DNA of 64,000 nucleotides from an uncultured Pelagibacteraceae bacterium (GCA_902580505.1 CACHLB010000003.1:8980-72979), one strand, 5' to 3'. Positions 42,605 to 52,522 are shown, counted from the first letter of the stretch. Numbers and translations: made by a program. The notes: generated by a model not told the origin, from the letters alone.

Positions 42605-45085
42605 ATGTCAAAAAATAAGATCACAGCAGTTCTTGGACCTACAAATACTGGTAAAACTTTTTTAGCTATAGAAACAATGCTTTCTTTCGATTCGGGAATG
42701 ATAGGGTTTCCTCTTAGACTTTTAGCTAGAGAAGTATATGACAAGATTATACAAAAAGTAGATGTATCTCAAGTTGCTCTTATTACTGGGGAAGAAAAAA
42801 TTATACCAATTAATGCAAAGTATTTTTTGTGCACTGTAGAGTCAATGCCTGTAGACAAAGTTTTAGATTTTGTAGGGATAGATGAGATTCAAATGTGTTC
42901 AGATCATGAACGAGGTCATATTTTTACTGACAGATTATTAAATCTAAGAGGTGAGAAATTAACAATGCTGATGGGTTCCAATACTATAAAAAGTATTATT
43001 CAAAAACTTGATGAAGATATTGAGTTTATAAATAAACAAAGATTATCAAAACTCTCATTTGGCGGACACAAAAAAATTTCAAGAATTGAGAGAAAAAGTG
43101 CTGTAATTGCTTTTTCTACAGAAGAGGTTTATGCAATTGCAGAACTCATAAGAAGACAGAAAGGTGGTGCAGCAATAGTTATGGGATCACTTAGTCCTAA
43201 AACAAGAAATGCTCAAGTGAGTTTATATCAATCTGGCGATGTTGATTATCTTGTTGCTACTGATGCTATTGGAATGGGAATAAATATGGATCTAGATAAT
43301 GTTTATTTCTCAAACATAAAAAAATTTGATGGAAAAAAAATTAGAAGGTTAAAAATCTCAGAAATTGGGCAAATTTCAGGTAGAGCTGGTCGATATTTAA
43401 ATGATGGAAGTTTTGGTATTACTGGGGATTGTGATGAAATTAATCCAGAAGAAATAGAGTTTTTAGAAAATCATAATTTTCCAGAGATACAAAATATATT
43501 CTGGAGAAATTCTAATCTAGATTTTAAAAATAAAGAAACTCTTATAAAATCTTTAGATGAAAAACCCAATAAAGATTGGTTGAGAAGAGTAGGAGAATGT
43601 GAAGATGAAAAAGTTTTAAAATATTTTTTAAAAGAAAATAACAACAGTATAGAAAATAATCCAAACATTTTGAAAATACTCTGGGAATGTTGTCAAATAC
43701 CTGATTTTGTCAAAAAAACTTACGGTCACCACTTAAAAGTTGTAGATAAAGTATTCAATTTTTTGACAGGTGAAGAAAGCAAAATACCTAACTATTATAT
43801 GAAAAAACAACTTTCTATGCTTGATAAGCTGGACGGAAATGTAGACTCAATTTCAAATAGAATATCGAATGTAAGAACTTGGTCATATGTTGCAAACAAA
43901 TCTAATTGGGTTGAAAATCAAGATTATTGGGTCGAACGAACTAAAAACTTAGAGGATAAATTATCGGATAGACTTCATGATGAATTAACCAAAACGTTTA
44001 TAGATAAAAGAGCTAGCGTCTTAGCCAAAGGATTAAAACAAGATATTGAGCTAAAAACTGAAATTATTGAGGAAGAAAAAGTATTGATTAATGATCAATA
44101 TATTGGAATTTTAAAAGGTCTAAAACTTCAATTAGATTTAAAGGTGGATGCTCTAGATGCAGATATTAAATCATTAAAAAAAGCTGCAAGGCAAAATGTA
44201 GGTCCAGAAATAATCAATAGAATACAACAAATAATGGATACTGGACTTATAGAATTGAAAGATGACTTTAAGATATATTGGAGAAATGAACCAATAGCAA
44301 AATTGACAGCTGGATCTGATTATCTTAATCCAAAAATTGATTTGATCATAGATGAAATGATTGAGAATAATGAAAGAAATAATTTAAACGACTACCTAAA
44401 TAAATGGATAATAAAAAAAATTGAGACTGAACTTAATAGTTTAATTGAGTTGAAAAACATTAAAGAAAATAACCCAGAACTTAGAGCTTTAGCTTACAGA
44501 CTTTATGAAAATAACGGTGTTATAAAAAGATCAAGTATCTCTGAATACCTAAAAAAGATAAATCAAGATGATAGGAAAAAATTAAGAAAACTAGGTGTTA
44601 AGTTTGGAAGATATCATGTCTTTTTATTTAAATTATTCAAACCAAGTTCAGTTTCTTTAAGAATATTATTATGGAAAAGTTATAATAATGAGTTTTTAAA
44701 TTTATCTCCTCCAACATTCGGACTAAATTTTTTAAATAATATGAAAACTGCAAATAGAGACTTTATGTTACTTTGTGGTTTTGAAAAATTTGATGATATT
44801 TATGTAAGAATTGATATTCTCGAAAGATTGTTCTTATTAATATTTAATTCAAAAAAAGATGAAAAAGAAGAAGTAAAGGTTGTACCTGAAATGCTAAACT
44901 TACTTGGTTGTTCAAAAGAAAATTTTAAAAAGCTTTTAAAAAAGATGGATTATAAAATTTTCGAGAAAGAAAAAGAATTTTTTATAAAATATGTTCCAAC
45001 AAAAAATAAAATTTTTAAAAAATACGACAAAAAGGACTATTCTAATAATCCATTCGGTGTATTAAACCAATTAAACTTAAAATAA
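42605..45085 (+). CDS. Suv3/MgpS-like SF2 helicase
   Basis: LGPTNTGKT, PLRLLARE, DEIQ, ATDAIGMGIN, QISGRAGR. Confidence 0.9.
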   Translation: MSKNKITAVLGPTNTGKTFLAIETMLSFDSGMIGFPLRLLAREVYDKIIQKVDVSQVALITGEEKIIPINAKYFLCTVESMPVDKVLDFVGIDEIQMCSDHERGHIFTDRLLNLRGEKLTMLMGSNTIKSIIQKLDEDIEFINKQRLSKLSFGGHKKISRIERKSAVIAFSTEEVYAIAELIRRQKGGAAIVMGSLSPKTRNAQVSLYQSGDVDYLVATDAIGMGINMDLDNVYFSNIKKFDGKKIRRLKISEIGQISGRAGRYLNDGSFGITGDCDEINPEEIEFLENHNFPEIQNIFWRNSNLDFKNKETLIKSLDEKPNKDWLRRVGECEDEKVLKYFLKENNNSIENNPNILKILWECCQIPDFVKKTYGHHLKVVDKVFNFLTGEESKIPNYYMKKQLSMLDKLDGNVDSISNRISNVRTWSYVANKSNWVENQDYWVERTKNLEDKLSDRLHDELTKTFIDKRASVLAKGLKQDIELKTEIIEEEKVLINDQYIGILKGLKLQLDLKVDALDADIKSLKKAARQNVGPEIINRIQQIMDTGLIELKDDFKIYWRNEPIAKLTAGSDYLNPKIDLIIDEMIENNERNNLNDYLNKWIIKKIETELNSLIELKNIKENNPELRALAYRLYENNGVIKRSSISEYLKKINQDDRKKLRKLGVKFGRYHVFLFKLFKPSSVSLRILLWKSYNNEFLNLSPPTFGLNFLNNMKTANRDFMLLCGFEKFDDIYVRIDILERLFLLIFNSKKDEKEEVKVVPEMLNLLGCSKENFKKLLKKMDYKIFEKEKEFFIKYVPTKNKIFKKYDKKDYSNNPFGVLNQLNLK

Positions 45086-45510
45086 TGTTTAATTTATTTA
45101 AAAAAGAAAAAGAGAATAAGAATGATGAAAATCATTTATCTTTAATAAGTGTCGCAGCTCTTCTAATCCATTCTGCAAAGATAGACGAAAATTTCACAGA
45201 AAAAGAGAAAAGTATAATTAAAAATGCTTTGATTGAAATGGGTGCCGATGAGAATAATTTAGATGAAATATTAATTGATGCTGAAACTAAAGAAAAAGAT
45301 TCAAATCAGATTTTAGAATTTACTAAAGAAGTAAAAAATAAAAGTTTAGATGAAAAAAAAATAGTTATTGAAGCATTATGGACAATTATTTATTCAGATG
45401 AGCAAGCAGACATGTATGAAAGTAACCTAATGAGAAGGTTATCTGGTTTGTTATATCTTGATGCAAAAGTTGTAGGTGACATAAAAGAAAAAGTTAAATC
45501 AAATCAATGA
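45085..45510 (+). CDS. TerB family protein
   Basis: [19 protein letters not shown]...LWTIIYSD...[12 protein letters not shown] pattern. Confidence 0.8.
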   Translation: MFNLFKKEKENKNDENHLSLISVAALLIHSAKIDENFTEKEKSIIKNALIEMGADENNLDEILIDAETKEKDSNQILEFTKEVKNKSLDEKKIVIEALWTIIYSDEQADMYESNLMRRLSGLLYLDAKVVGDIKEKVKSNQ

Positions 45511-45833
45511 CATATTTGGTCAATGATAAATGCATAAAATGTAAACACACAACTTGCGTTGATGTTTGTCCTGTTGATTGTTTTTATGAGGGCAAAAATA
45601 TGCTTGTAATTAAACCTGATGAGTGTATAGATTGTGGCGTTTGTGAACCTGAGTGTCCAATTGATGCTATAGTTTCAGATACAGAACCTGGTAGTGAAAA
45701 ATGGTTAGAATTAAACAAAAAATATTCAGAAATATGGCCAAATATATCGGAAGCAAAGCAACCGATGCCAGACCACGAGAAATTTAAAGATGAAGAAAAT
45801 AAGTTTGATAAATACTTTGAAGAAAACGTTTAA
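45507..45833 (+). CDS. fdxA: FdxA-type dicluster ferredoxin
   Basis: [21 protein letters not shown] and [12 protein letters not shown]. Confidence 0.93.
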   Translation: MTYLVNDKCIKCKHTTCVDVCPVDCFYEGKNMLVIKPDECIDCGVCEPECPIDAIVSDTEPGSEKWLELNKKYSEIWPNISEAKQPMPDHEKFKDEENKFDKYFEENV

Positions 45834-46662
45834 AAATAAGAAAGCTGCTAATAAAAAAAAAACCATTAAACAAAAAAAAACTAAAACAGTTAGCAAAGTA
45901 AAAAAAACTAAACTAGTTTCGAAAATTAAAAAAACTAAAGTTGTAGCTAAAGAAAAAAAAACAAAGGTTCAAAAGAAAATAGTTAAAACTATTTCTGAAA
46001 AAAAAGAGAAAAAAAATACTTCAGAGAATAGCTCAAATCTTTTGCGTATACCCAAAAGTAATGAACAAAAACCAGAAATTAAAAAAGTTAAAAAACAAGA
46101 TACTGAAAAAAAAGAATATAAGATAAAAGATTACGTTGTATATCCTAAACATGGAGTTGGTCAGATCACCGAATTTAAAAAAATGAATATTGGTGGTATC
46201 GATATTGAAACTTACATACTCAAATTCGAGAAAGATAAGGCTAATGGAATGGTTCCAGTCAACAAGCAATCACACCTAAGACCATTAGCAACAATTAATC
46301 AAGTCAATAAATGTATAAGTATTTTAAAAAGTAAACCTAAAATTAAAAGGAGTATGTGGAGCAGAAGAGCACAAGAGTATGAGGCAAAAATCTCATCTGG
46401 CAAAATTTACGAGCTAGCAGAAGTAGTTAGAGATCTCAATAAGGGGGATGATCTTATGGTAGATCAATCATATAGTGAAAGGCAACTTTTTGAAAAAGCT
46501 TATGATAGAATACTTACAGAATTTCAAATTGTTTTAAATATAAACTTAGAAGACACACAAAAAAAACTTGATAAAGCTTTGAAAAGAAACTTAGAGAAAC
46601 AAGTCCAGAAGATAGAAAATAAATCTATAGAGGAAGAAGTATCAGAAGAGGTAGCTAAATAA
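45790..46662 (+). CDS. carD: CarD family RNA-polymerase-binding regulator with Lys-rich N-terminal extension
   Basis: [44 protein letters not shown]; first ~110 aa are Lys-rich low complexity; start position uncertain. Confidence 0.88.
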   Translation: MKKISLINTLKKTFKNKKAANKKKTIKQKKTKTVSKVKKTKLVSKIKKTKVVAKEKKTKVQKKIVKTISEKKEKKNTSENSSNLLRIPKSNEQKPEIKKVKKQDTEKKEYKIKDYVVYPKHGVGQITEFKKMNIGGIDIETYILKFEKDKANGMVPVNKQSHLRPLATINQVNKCISILKSKPKIKRSMWSRRAQEYEAKISSGKIYELAEVVRDLNKGDDLMVDQSYSERQLFEKAYDRILTEFQIVLNINLEDTQKKLDKALKRNLEKQVQKIENKSIEEEVSEEVAK

Positions 46663-46700
46663 AAAAAACGCTTCCCACGCAAGCGCCATGAGAAGCGTTT
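46661..46700 (-). terminator. Intrinsic terminator for the small basic gene (may be bidirectional with carD)
   Basis: Minus strand AAACGCTTCTCAT-loop-GTGGGAAGCGTTT followed by further Ts. Confidence 0.75.
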
Positions 46701-46718
46701 GTTAAAAAGAATACTAGA

Positions 46719-46802
46719 CTATTTTCTTCTTTTCTTTTTAGCTTTTTTCTTAGCTTTTTTCTTAGTTTTCTTTTTAGCAGCTTTTTTTCTTCTTTTAGCC
46801 AT
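46719..46802 (-). CDS. 27-aa highly basic histone/protamine-like peptide MAKRRKKAAKKKTKKKAKKKAKKKRRK
   Basis: ATG...TAG in frame (84 nt); GGGAG RBS upstream; promoter-like sequence upstream and terminator downstream; below the ORF-track cutoff. Confidence 0.8.
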   Translation of the reverse strand: MAKRRKKAAKKKTKKKAKKKAKKKRRK

Positions 46803-46853
46803 CTTTAGCTCCCTTTTTTTATTACGAATCTTTTTGATTCGTTTAATTACCTT

Positions 46854-46882
46854 TTTGTATTTTTTTTGAATAGTTATGTCAA
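46854..46882 (-). promoter_or_regulatory. Putative sigma70 promoter of the small basic gene
   Basis: Minus strand TTGACA-N17-TACAAA. Confidence 0.6.
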
Positions 46883-46987
46883 TTACATAATTTTTTGTAA
46901 TTTTTTAATTTTTTTTTTAAAAAAATAAAAAAAATTAGTAATTAAAAAAGTTAAGTAAAATAGCCATAATTAAACAAATTTTTTCAG

Positions 46988-48697
46988 TTAATTATAAAGA
47001 TTTTCAAAATTATTTTTATATTTATTTATTATTTTATATCTTTTTAACTTTAATGTTGGAGTTAACATTCCATTTTCAATTGAAAATTTTTCATTTATTA
47101 TAAAAAACTTTTTAATATTTTCTATTTTTGAAAGATTGTTATTTAAATTATTTATTACATTATGAATTTCTTCATTTGTAATATTAATATATTCGTCATT
47201 TAAAACTATTAGAGCTACTAAATATGGTTTATTATCTCCATAAACCACTGCTTGATCGATGAATTCTAAATTTACTAATTCATTTTCAATTTTTAATGGA
47301 GAAATATTATCTCCTCCAGGAGTAATGAGAATATCTTTTTTTCTATCAGTAATTTTTAAAAAATTATTTTCAAATACACCAATATCTCCCGTGTGGAGCC
47401 ATCCATCTATCAGAACTTTATCAGTTTCTTCTTTATTATTCCAATAGCCCAACATAACATTTTCACCTTTAACTAGTATTTCACCATCTTCTGCTATTTT
47501 AACCTCATTTCCCTTAAACGGTGGGCCAACAGTATCTATTCTAATATCATCTATTGGATTACAGCTTACAACTGGAGATGTCTCAGTTAGCCCGTAACCT
47601 TGAAGAGTTGGTAAACCAATCGCATTTAAAAAATATCCAACCTCTTTATCTAAAGCACCTCCACCAGAAACAAATGTTTTAAGAGATCCACCAAATTGTG
47701 ATTTTATTTTTTTTCTTACTAATTTCTCAAGAATATTATCTTGTAGTTTCTCAAAAAAAGTTAAATCTTCTTTTCTTATTTTTTTTAAACCTAATTCTAA
47801 CATTTTAAAAATTAAGTTTTTTTTCAATCCTTTAGCTTTTTTAAAACTTGTATTAATTTTTTGATAAAGGTTTTGGTAAAATCTCGGTACAGCAGTCATA
47901 ATTTCTGGTGAACAATCACCCATATTCTTAACTAATTTATCGATGCTCTCAGCATAAAAAATTCTAGCAGCTACAGTAATTTGTACAAATTGAACAGTAT
48001 GCTCATAAGAATGTGAAAGTGGAAGCCAAGTAAGAAACCTAGGTTGTTCTTTAGTTAATAATGGTTTTAGGATATCTATTGCACCCTCGCAATTATTTAA
48101 GATACCTCCATGACTTAAAATCACTCCCTTAGGATTTCCTTGCGTACCTGAAGTATAAATTATGCAAGATGGATCATTTCTTAAGGCTAAAGATTTGTGA
48201 ATTGGTAAATTTTTTTTATTATTTTTTTTTATTAAGTCTTCTAAATTAATATATTCAAATTCTACATTTATTAGTTTTTCAAAGGAAAATATTTTTTTTA
48301 TAAATTTTTTGTCCTTAATAATTTTTTTTAATTTATTGAATTGTGTAATGTTTGAAACAAAAATTATACTGGGAGTACAATCATTAATAATATAATTATA
48401 GTCATTTTCTGCATAAGTTGTGTAAGCTGGAACAGTTATCCCATCTGATAACATAATAGATAAGTCTGCAATAAACCATTCTGGTCTATTTTCAGAAATT
48501 AATAAACATCTATCACCTTTTGATATTACTTTTCTTAATTCATTGGAAACTAAATTAATAAAATCGTGGGTTTCTTGCCAAGAATAATTTTTTCTTTTAT
48601 CACCTAAAGTTGATAATAAAATTTTATTTTTATCAATTTGTTTATTAAATTGATCAAAAAATAATTCAGTTAAATTATTAATTTGCTTTAAGTTCAT
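46988..48697 (-). CDS. Long-chain fatty acid-CoA ligase (AMP-dependent synthetase)
   Basis: IIYTSGTQGNPKGV, WLPLSHSYE, QGYGLTETSP, HTGDIG, TPTLKLKR; start moved to 48697 because the longer ORF runs into the tRNA. Confidence 0.92.
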   Translation of the reverse strand: MNLKQINNLTELFFDQFNKQIDKNKILLSTLGDKRKNYSWQETHDFINLVSNELRKVISKGDRCLLISENRPEWFIADLSIMLSDGITVPAYTTYAENDYNYIINDCTPSIIFVSNITQFNKLKKIIKDKKFIKKIFSFEKLINVEFEYINLEDLIKKNNKKNLPIHKSLALRNDPSCIIYTSGTQGNPKGVILSHGGILNNCEGAIDILKPLLTKEQPRFLTWLPLSHSYEHTVQFVQITVAARIFYAESIDKLVKNMGDCSPEIMTAVPRFYQNLYQKINTSFKKAKGLKKNLIFKMLELGLKKIRKEDLTFFEKLQDNILEKLVRKKIKSQFGGSLKTFVSGGGALDKEVGYFLNAIGLPTLQGYGLTETSPVVSCNPIDDIRIDTVGPPFKGNEVKIAEDGEILVKGENVMLGYWNNKEETDKVLIDGWLHTGDIGVFENNFLKITDRKKDILITPGGDNISPLKIENELVNLEFIDQAVVYGDNKPYLVALIVLNDEYINITNEEIHNVINNLNNNLSKIENIKKFFIINEKFSIENGMLTPTLKLKRYKIINKYKNNFENLYN

Positions 48698-48705
48698 ATA
48701 TTTTT

Positions 48706-48792
48706 TGGTGGGCAAAGAGAGAATCGAACTCTCACAGTATTGCTACTATTGGATTTTGAGTCCAACGCGTCTACCAGTTCCGCCATTCGCCC
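48706..48792 (-). tRNA. tRNA-Leu (CAA)
   Basis: GGGCGAA...TTTGCCC-ACCA acceptor stem, anticodon arm TTGGA-CTCAAAA-TCCAA, long variable arm, GTTCGATTC. Confidence 0.96.
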
Positions 48793-48857
48793 ATATATTT
48801 TTAGTTTCATAGAATATAAATAATAGTATTAAAACACTATTTATATTAAAAGAAAAT

Positions 48858-49466
48858 ATGTTTAAGGAACTATTTAATAAAACAATTAATCTTGCAGGAC
48901 ATAAAAATTCAAAAAAAATTTTGGGTTTTATATCTTTTATTGAGAGTTTCATATTTCCTATTCCACCAGATGTTCTTATTATTCCAATGACTATTGCCGA
49001 CAGACAAAGATGGATGAAGATAGCAATTATTGCTACGACAGGATCGGTCTTAGGTGCATGTTTGGGATATTTCATAGGATATGTTTTTTTCAATGAAATT
49101 GGAATTAAGATTTTTGAGCTTTACGGTGTAGATAATACTTCATTTTTAAAAGATAAAATTTCATCAGATGGAGGGGTTTTTACATGGGCAACGTTGCTGG
49201 CCATAGCAGGTTTTACACCCATCCCATTTAAATTACTCACAATAACTAGTGGGTTTGTTCAATTTAATATCGTTTATTTTATTATTGTCTCCTTACTAAC
49301 AAGAGGATCTAGATTTTTTATTATAGCTTTTTTGGTTGGAAATTTTGGTCCAGCTATGAAGACAATAATTGAAAAAAAACTGCTTAAAGTTTCAGTTATA
49401 ATCTCAATTGTATTAATAGTTTTTGCTTTTTTAATTTATAAATTTTTACAAAACTTTATGAACTAA
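48858..49466 (+). CDS. YqaA/DedA family membrane protein
   Basis: SFIESFIFPIPPD, GSVLG, AGFTPIPFK, RGSRFF. Confidence 0.9.
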   Translation: MFKELFNKTINLAGHKNSKKILGFISFIESFIFPIPPDVLIIPMTIADRQRWMKIAIIATTGSVLGACLGYFIGYVFFNEIGIKIFELYGVDNTSFLKDKISSDGGVFTWATLLAIAGFTPIPFKLLTITSGFVQFNIVYFIIVSLLTRGSRFFIIAFLVGNFGPAMKTIIEKKLLKVSVIISIVLIVFAFLIYKFLQNFMN

Positions 49467-49467
49467 A

Positions 49468-49941
49468 ATGAATTTTATTTTAAAAAGAAAAAATATTTAT
49501 TTATTAATTTTTATATACTCAATTATTGCTATATTATCTGCGATCTATATTGAAAGAGTTCTTGGGTATTTGCCATGTAAATTATGTATTTATCAAAGGA
49601 TTCCTTTTTTAGTAGCGATCTTCATTTGTTTTTTAGGATATAACTATATTAAATCCGATAGAATATTAATCGCTTTAATCATTACATTTACACTGAGCAC
49701 TGCTCTTGCAGGGTATCATTTTGGTATAGAAAATGGCATTTTTGAAGAATATGCTGGTTGCACAAACATAAATATAGATATCACAAATAAAGAAAAAATA
49801 ATCGAAAGTCTTGGAATGGTTAAAAATTGTAAAGATGTAGAGTTTACTATTTTAGGCATATCTTTATCTGGATTGAATTTTTTAACATCTTTACTAATTG
49901 TATTATTTTCGCTAAGAGCTCTTATTTATGAAAAAGACTAA
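49468..49941 (+). CDS. dsbB: Disulfide bond formation protein B
   Basis: PCKLCIYQR, YHFGIE, second periplasmic Cys pair, 4 TM segments. Confidence 0.88.
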   Translation: MNFILKRKNIYLLIFIYSIIAILSAIYIERVLGYLPCKLCIYQRIPFLVAIFICFLGYNYIKSDRILIALIITFTLSTALAGYHFGIENGIFEEYAGCTNINIDITNKEKIIESLGMVKNCKDVEFTILGISLSGLNFLTSLLIVLFSLRALIYEKD

Positions 49942-50461
49942 CAAGAAAAAAATAGAAGAATTTATTAGAGTTGATCACGCAGGTGAAAGAGGTGCAATCA
50001 AGATATATGAAGGTCAACTTTTAGCACTGAAAACATTCAAAAAGGATCCTGAACTATTAAAATTAGTAGAAGAAATGAGAGAACATGAAAAAGAACATAG
50101 TGATTTTTTTGAAAATGAAATCAGGGAAAGAAATATAAAACCAACTAAATTTTTACCACTATGGGATTTATTAGGAGTAGGTTTAGGTTTCGGCTCAACA
50201 ATATTAGGAAAAAAGGCAGCAATGCTTTGCACAGCCTCTGTTGAGGAAGTAATTGATAAACATTACCAAAGTCAAATAGATCAATTACAAGATGATGAGA
50301 AAAAACTTAGAGAAAAAATTAAAAAATTTAGAGCTGATGAATTAGAGCATAAAGATATTGCATATGAACATGGTGCAACAAAAAAAGGATTATATTCAGT
50401 AATGGATAAAATTATTAAAACTGGCTCAAAAATTGCTATAAATATTTCTGAAAAAATTTAA
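49928..50461 (+). CDS. coq7: Demethoxyubiquinone hydroxylase (Coq7 di-iron family)
   Basis: IRVDHAGERGA, IYEGQ, EKEH, CTASVEEVIDKHY, DELEH. Confidence 0.92.
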   Translation: MKKTNKKKIEEFIRVDHAGERGAIKIYEGQLLALKTFKKDPELLKLVEEMREHEKEHSDFFENEIRERNIKPTKFLPLWDLLGVGLGFGSTILGKKAAMLCTASVEEVIDKHYQSQIDQLQDDEKKLREKIKKFRADELEHKDIAYEHGATKKGLYSVMDKIIKTGSKIAINISEKI

Positions 50462-51030
50462 CTAGGATCTAGTTCCACATCCCAATATAAATAATCCATC
50501 CAACTGCTGTGTAGGAAATTAGGAGGAAAATTCTTCCCATTTCTATGAAGATCTTCTGTTGTTGGTTGAAAAGGCCATTGATTTAACTTCATTCCAGAAT
50601 TTTTTAGCAATCTTCCACCTTTTTTTACATTGCATGCAGAGCAAGCAGTAACAACGTTTTCCCAATCAGTTTTCCCACCTTTTGATCTTGGAAGAAGATG
50701 GTCAAAAGTTAGTTCATCATTACTTCCGCAATATTGACAACTAAACTTATCCCTTAAGAAAACATTAAATCTTGTGAAATTTGGATTTGAACGAGGCTTT
50801 ATAAAAGATTTTAATGCAATAACACTCGGTAACTGCATAGAAAAAGATGGGCTTCTTATCATTCTGTCATAATGACTTACAATTGAGACTCTATCTAAAA
50901 ATACAGATTTAATAGCGTCTTGCCATGACCATAACGATAAAGGATAATAACTTAGTGGTCTATAATCTGCGTTAAGAACTAGAGCCGGACATTTTTCGAG
51001 TGATAGGTTTTCATTGATCATCAGAGTCAT
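50458..51030 (-). CDS. HNH endonuclease (McrA-like, conserved solo type)
   Basis: LVLNADYRPL, RFNVFLRDKFSCQYC, DHLLPRSKGG, WENVVTACSACN. Confidence 0.9.
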   Translation of the reverse strand: MTLMINENLSLEKCPALVLNADYRPLSYYPLSLWSWQDAIKSVFLDRVSIVSHYDRMIRSPSFSMQLPSVIALKSFIKPRSNPNFTRFNVFLRDKFSCQYCGSNDELTFDHLLPRSKGGKTDWENVVTACSACNVKKGGRLLKNSGMKLNQWPFQPTTEDLHRNGKNFPPNFLHSSWMDYLYWDVELDPS

Positions 51031-51088
51031 ATTTATTTAATATATTATATATTATTTTTAATCAATGTAACAAAAAAGTTAATTCTCT

Positions 51089-51745
51089 TTAAATATCAAA
51101 ATTATCTTTGATAAATTTTAATGCGTTACTTGAAGCTTCAACTGGTATATGATGGTCGCAGTCTTTGATCATTAAAGTTTCTATAATAATATTATTGCGT
51201 GTAAAAAAATCTTTTGCTTCCAATAAATTGTAGGGTGGAACTATTTCATCTTTTTCACCATGAATTAATAAAGTTTTTGTTTTAGAAATTAATCTTAAAC
51301 TAAGATCCTCTTTATCTATAATCTTTCCAGAAAATCCAACAATACAATTAAAAGGATCTTTAGAAGTTAAGCCCAAGTTTATTGACATCATGCAACCCTG
51401 ACTAAATCCAGATAAACATATCTTTGAATTTTCCAAATTATATTCTGCTTTAACTTCTTCAATGTATTTTATTAATTTATTTTCGGCTTTTTTTACTTCA
51501 TTTAAAATATAATTTTTATCATTTGTTTCTAAATCAAACCATTGATAACCAATTGGATTAATTTTACATGGTTCATGTCCATTCGGACATAAGAATACTG
51601 TATTGGTTAAAAACCTTTTCCAATTCAGAGTTAACATGCTTATATCTTTTCCATCTCCACCATATCCGTGAAGTAAAATTACTGCATTTTTGATGTCAGA
51701 CCCATTTTCAGGTTTTATAATTGTTGATTCAAGGCAAAATGTCAT
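51089..51745 (-). CDS. Phospholipase/carboxylesterase
   Basis: LLHGYG, GFSQG, HGEKDEIVP, C-terminal His. Confidence 0.9.
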   Translation of the reverse strand: MTFCLESTIIKPENGSDIKNAVILLHGYGGDGKDISMLTLNWKRFLTNTVFLCPNGHEPCKINPIGYQWFDLETNDKNYILNEVKKAENKLIKYIEEVKAEYNLENSKICLSGFSQGCMMSINLGLTSKDPFNCIVGFSGKIIDKEDLSLRLISKTKTLLIHGEKDEIVPPYNLLEAKDFFTRNNIIIETLMIKDCDHHIPVEASSNALKFIKDNFDI

Positions 51746-51794
51746 AGATAAGTAATTATGTTTTTTTATTTTAAAAAGAAACTAAAATCAAAGT

Positions 51795-51995
51795 ATGATT
51801 TCTGAAATATTTGTTAAAATTGCAGCAATTGTTTTACTTGCAGCTGTGGCTGTAGTCTTAATTCTTGGAATTAGAACTCTTTTTAAGGGAGACGGAGATA
51901 AAAAAACTTCAAACAAATTAATGCAGCTAAGAGTTTTACTGCAATTTGTTGCTATAATTGTGCTTGTAGCATTAGCTTACTTTTATAAGAATTAA
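51795..51995 (+). CDS. HIG1-domain twin-transmembrane small protein
   Basis: Two TM helices flanking SNKLMQLRVLLQ. Confidence 0.85.
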   Translation: MISEIFVKIAAIVLLAAVAVVLILGIRTLFKGDGDKKTSNKLMQLRVLLQFVAIIVLVALAYFYKN

Positions 51996-52522
51996 TTTAA
52001 TTCATTTAACCAATTTAAAAATTCATCACTATTAAAATCTATTGAACCAACTATTCTTGCAAACTCATAACCATCTTTATCAATAAATAGTGTTGTAGGC
52101 AGTCCTCGTAATTTTAAATTTTTTGCAATTGCAGCGCCATCACCAACAAAAACTTGTAATTCTTCTATAAGGAGGTCTTCAAAAAATTTCTTAGATGTAT
52201 TTATATTTTCTCCACCTATATTTATTGGGATAATCTTTATTTTTTTTTCATCCTTAAGTATTTGAAGATTGTTTAAAGATGGCATTTCCTCTCTACAAGG
52301 AGCACACCATGTTGCCCAAAAATTCAAAATAATTAATTCAGATTTAAAATTTTTCAAATTAACTTTATTTCCAGCCTCATTTAAAAAGTCAAAGAACTTA
52401 ATTTTTTGTTTTTCCTCATAAATTATTAGATTTTTTATATTTGGCGCTTCTATTGAATATGAAGAGCTAAGTGATATGAAGTAAAAAAATATTATTTTAA
52501 TGGATATAAATATAAATTTCAT
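51992..52522 (-). CDS. TlpA-like thiol:disulfide oxidoreductase
   Basis: LNFWATWCAPCREEMPSL, GLPTT; start moved to MKFIF (52522). Confidence 0.9.
   Translation of the reverse strand: MKFIFISIKIIFFYFISLSSSYSIEAPNIKNLIIYEEKQKIKFFDFLNEAGNKVNLKNFKSELIILNFWATWCAPCREEMPSLNNLQILKDEKKIKIIPINIGGENINTSKKFFEDLLIEELQVFVGDGAAIAKNLKLRGLPTTLFIDKDGYEFARIVGSIDFNSDEFLNWLNELN

Noticed and set aside
48746-49093. 115-aa minus-strand ORF
   Set aside because: Antisense to the YqaA gene and reads into tRNA-Leu; spurious
50458-51030. HNH nuclease as a homing endonuclease, defence system or mobile element
   Set aside because: No intron, methyltransferase, immunity gene or flanking repeats; it resembles the conserved solo HNH family found among core genes
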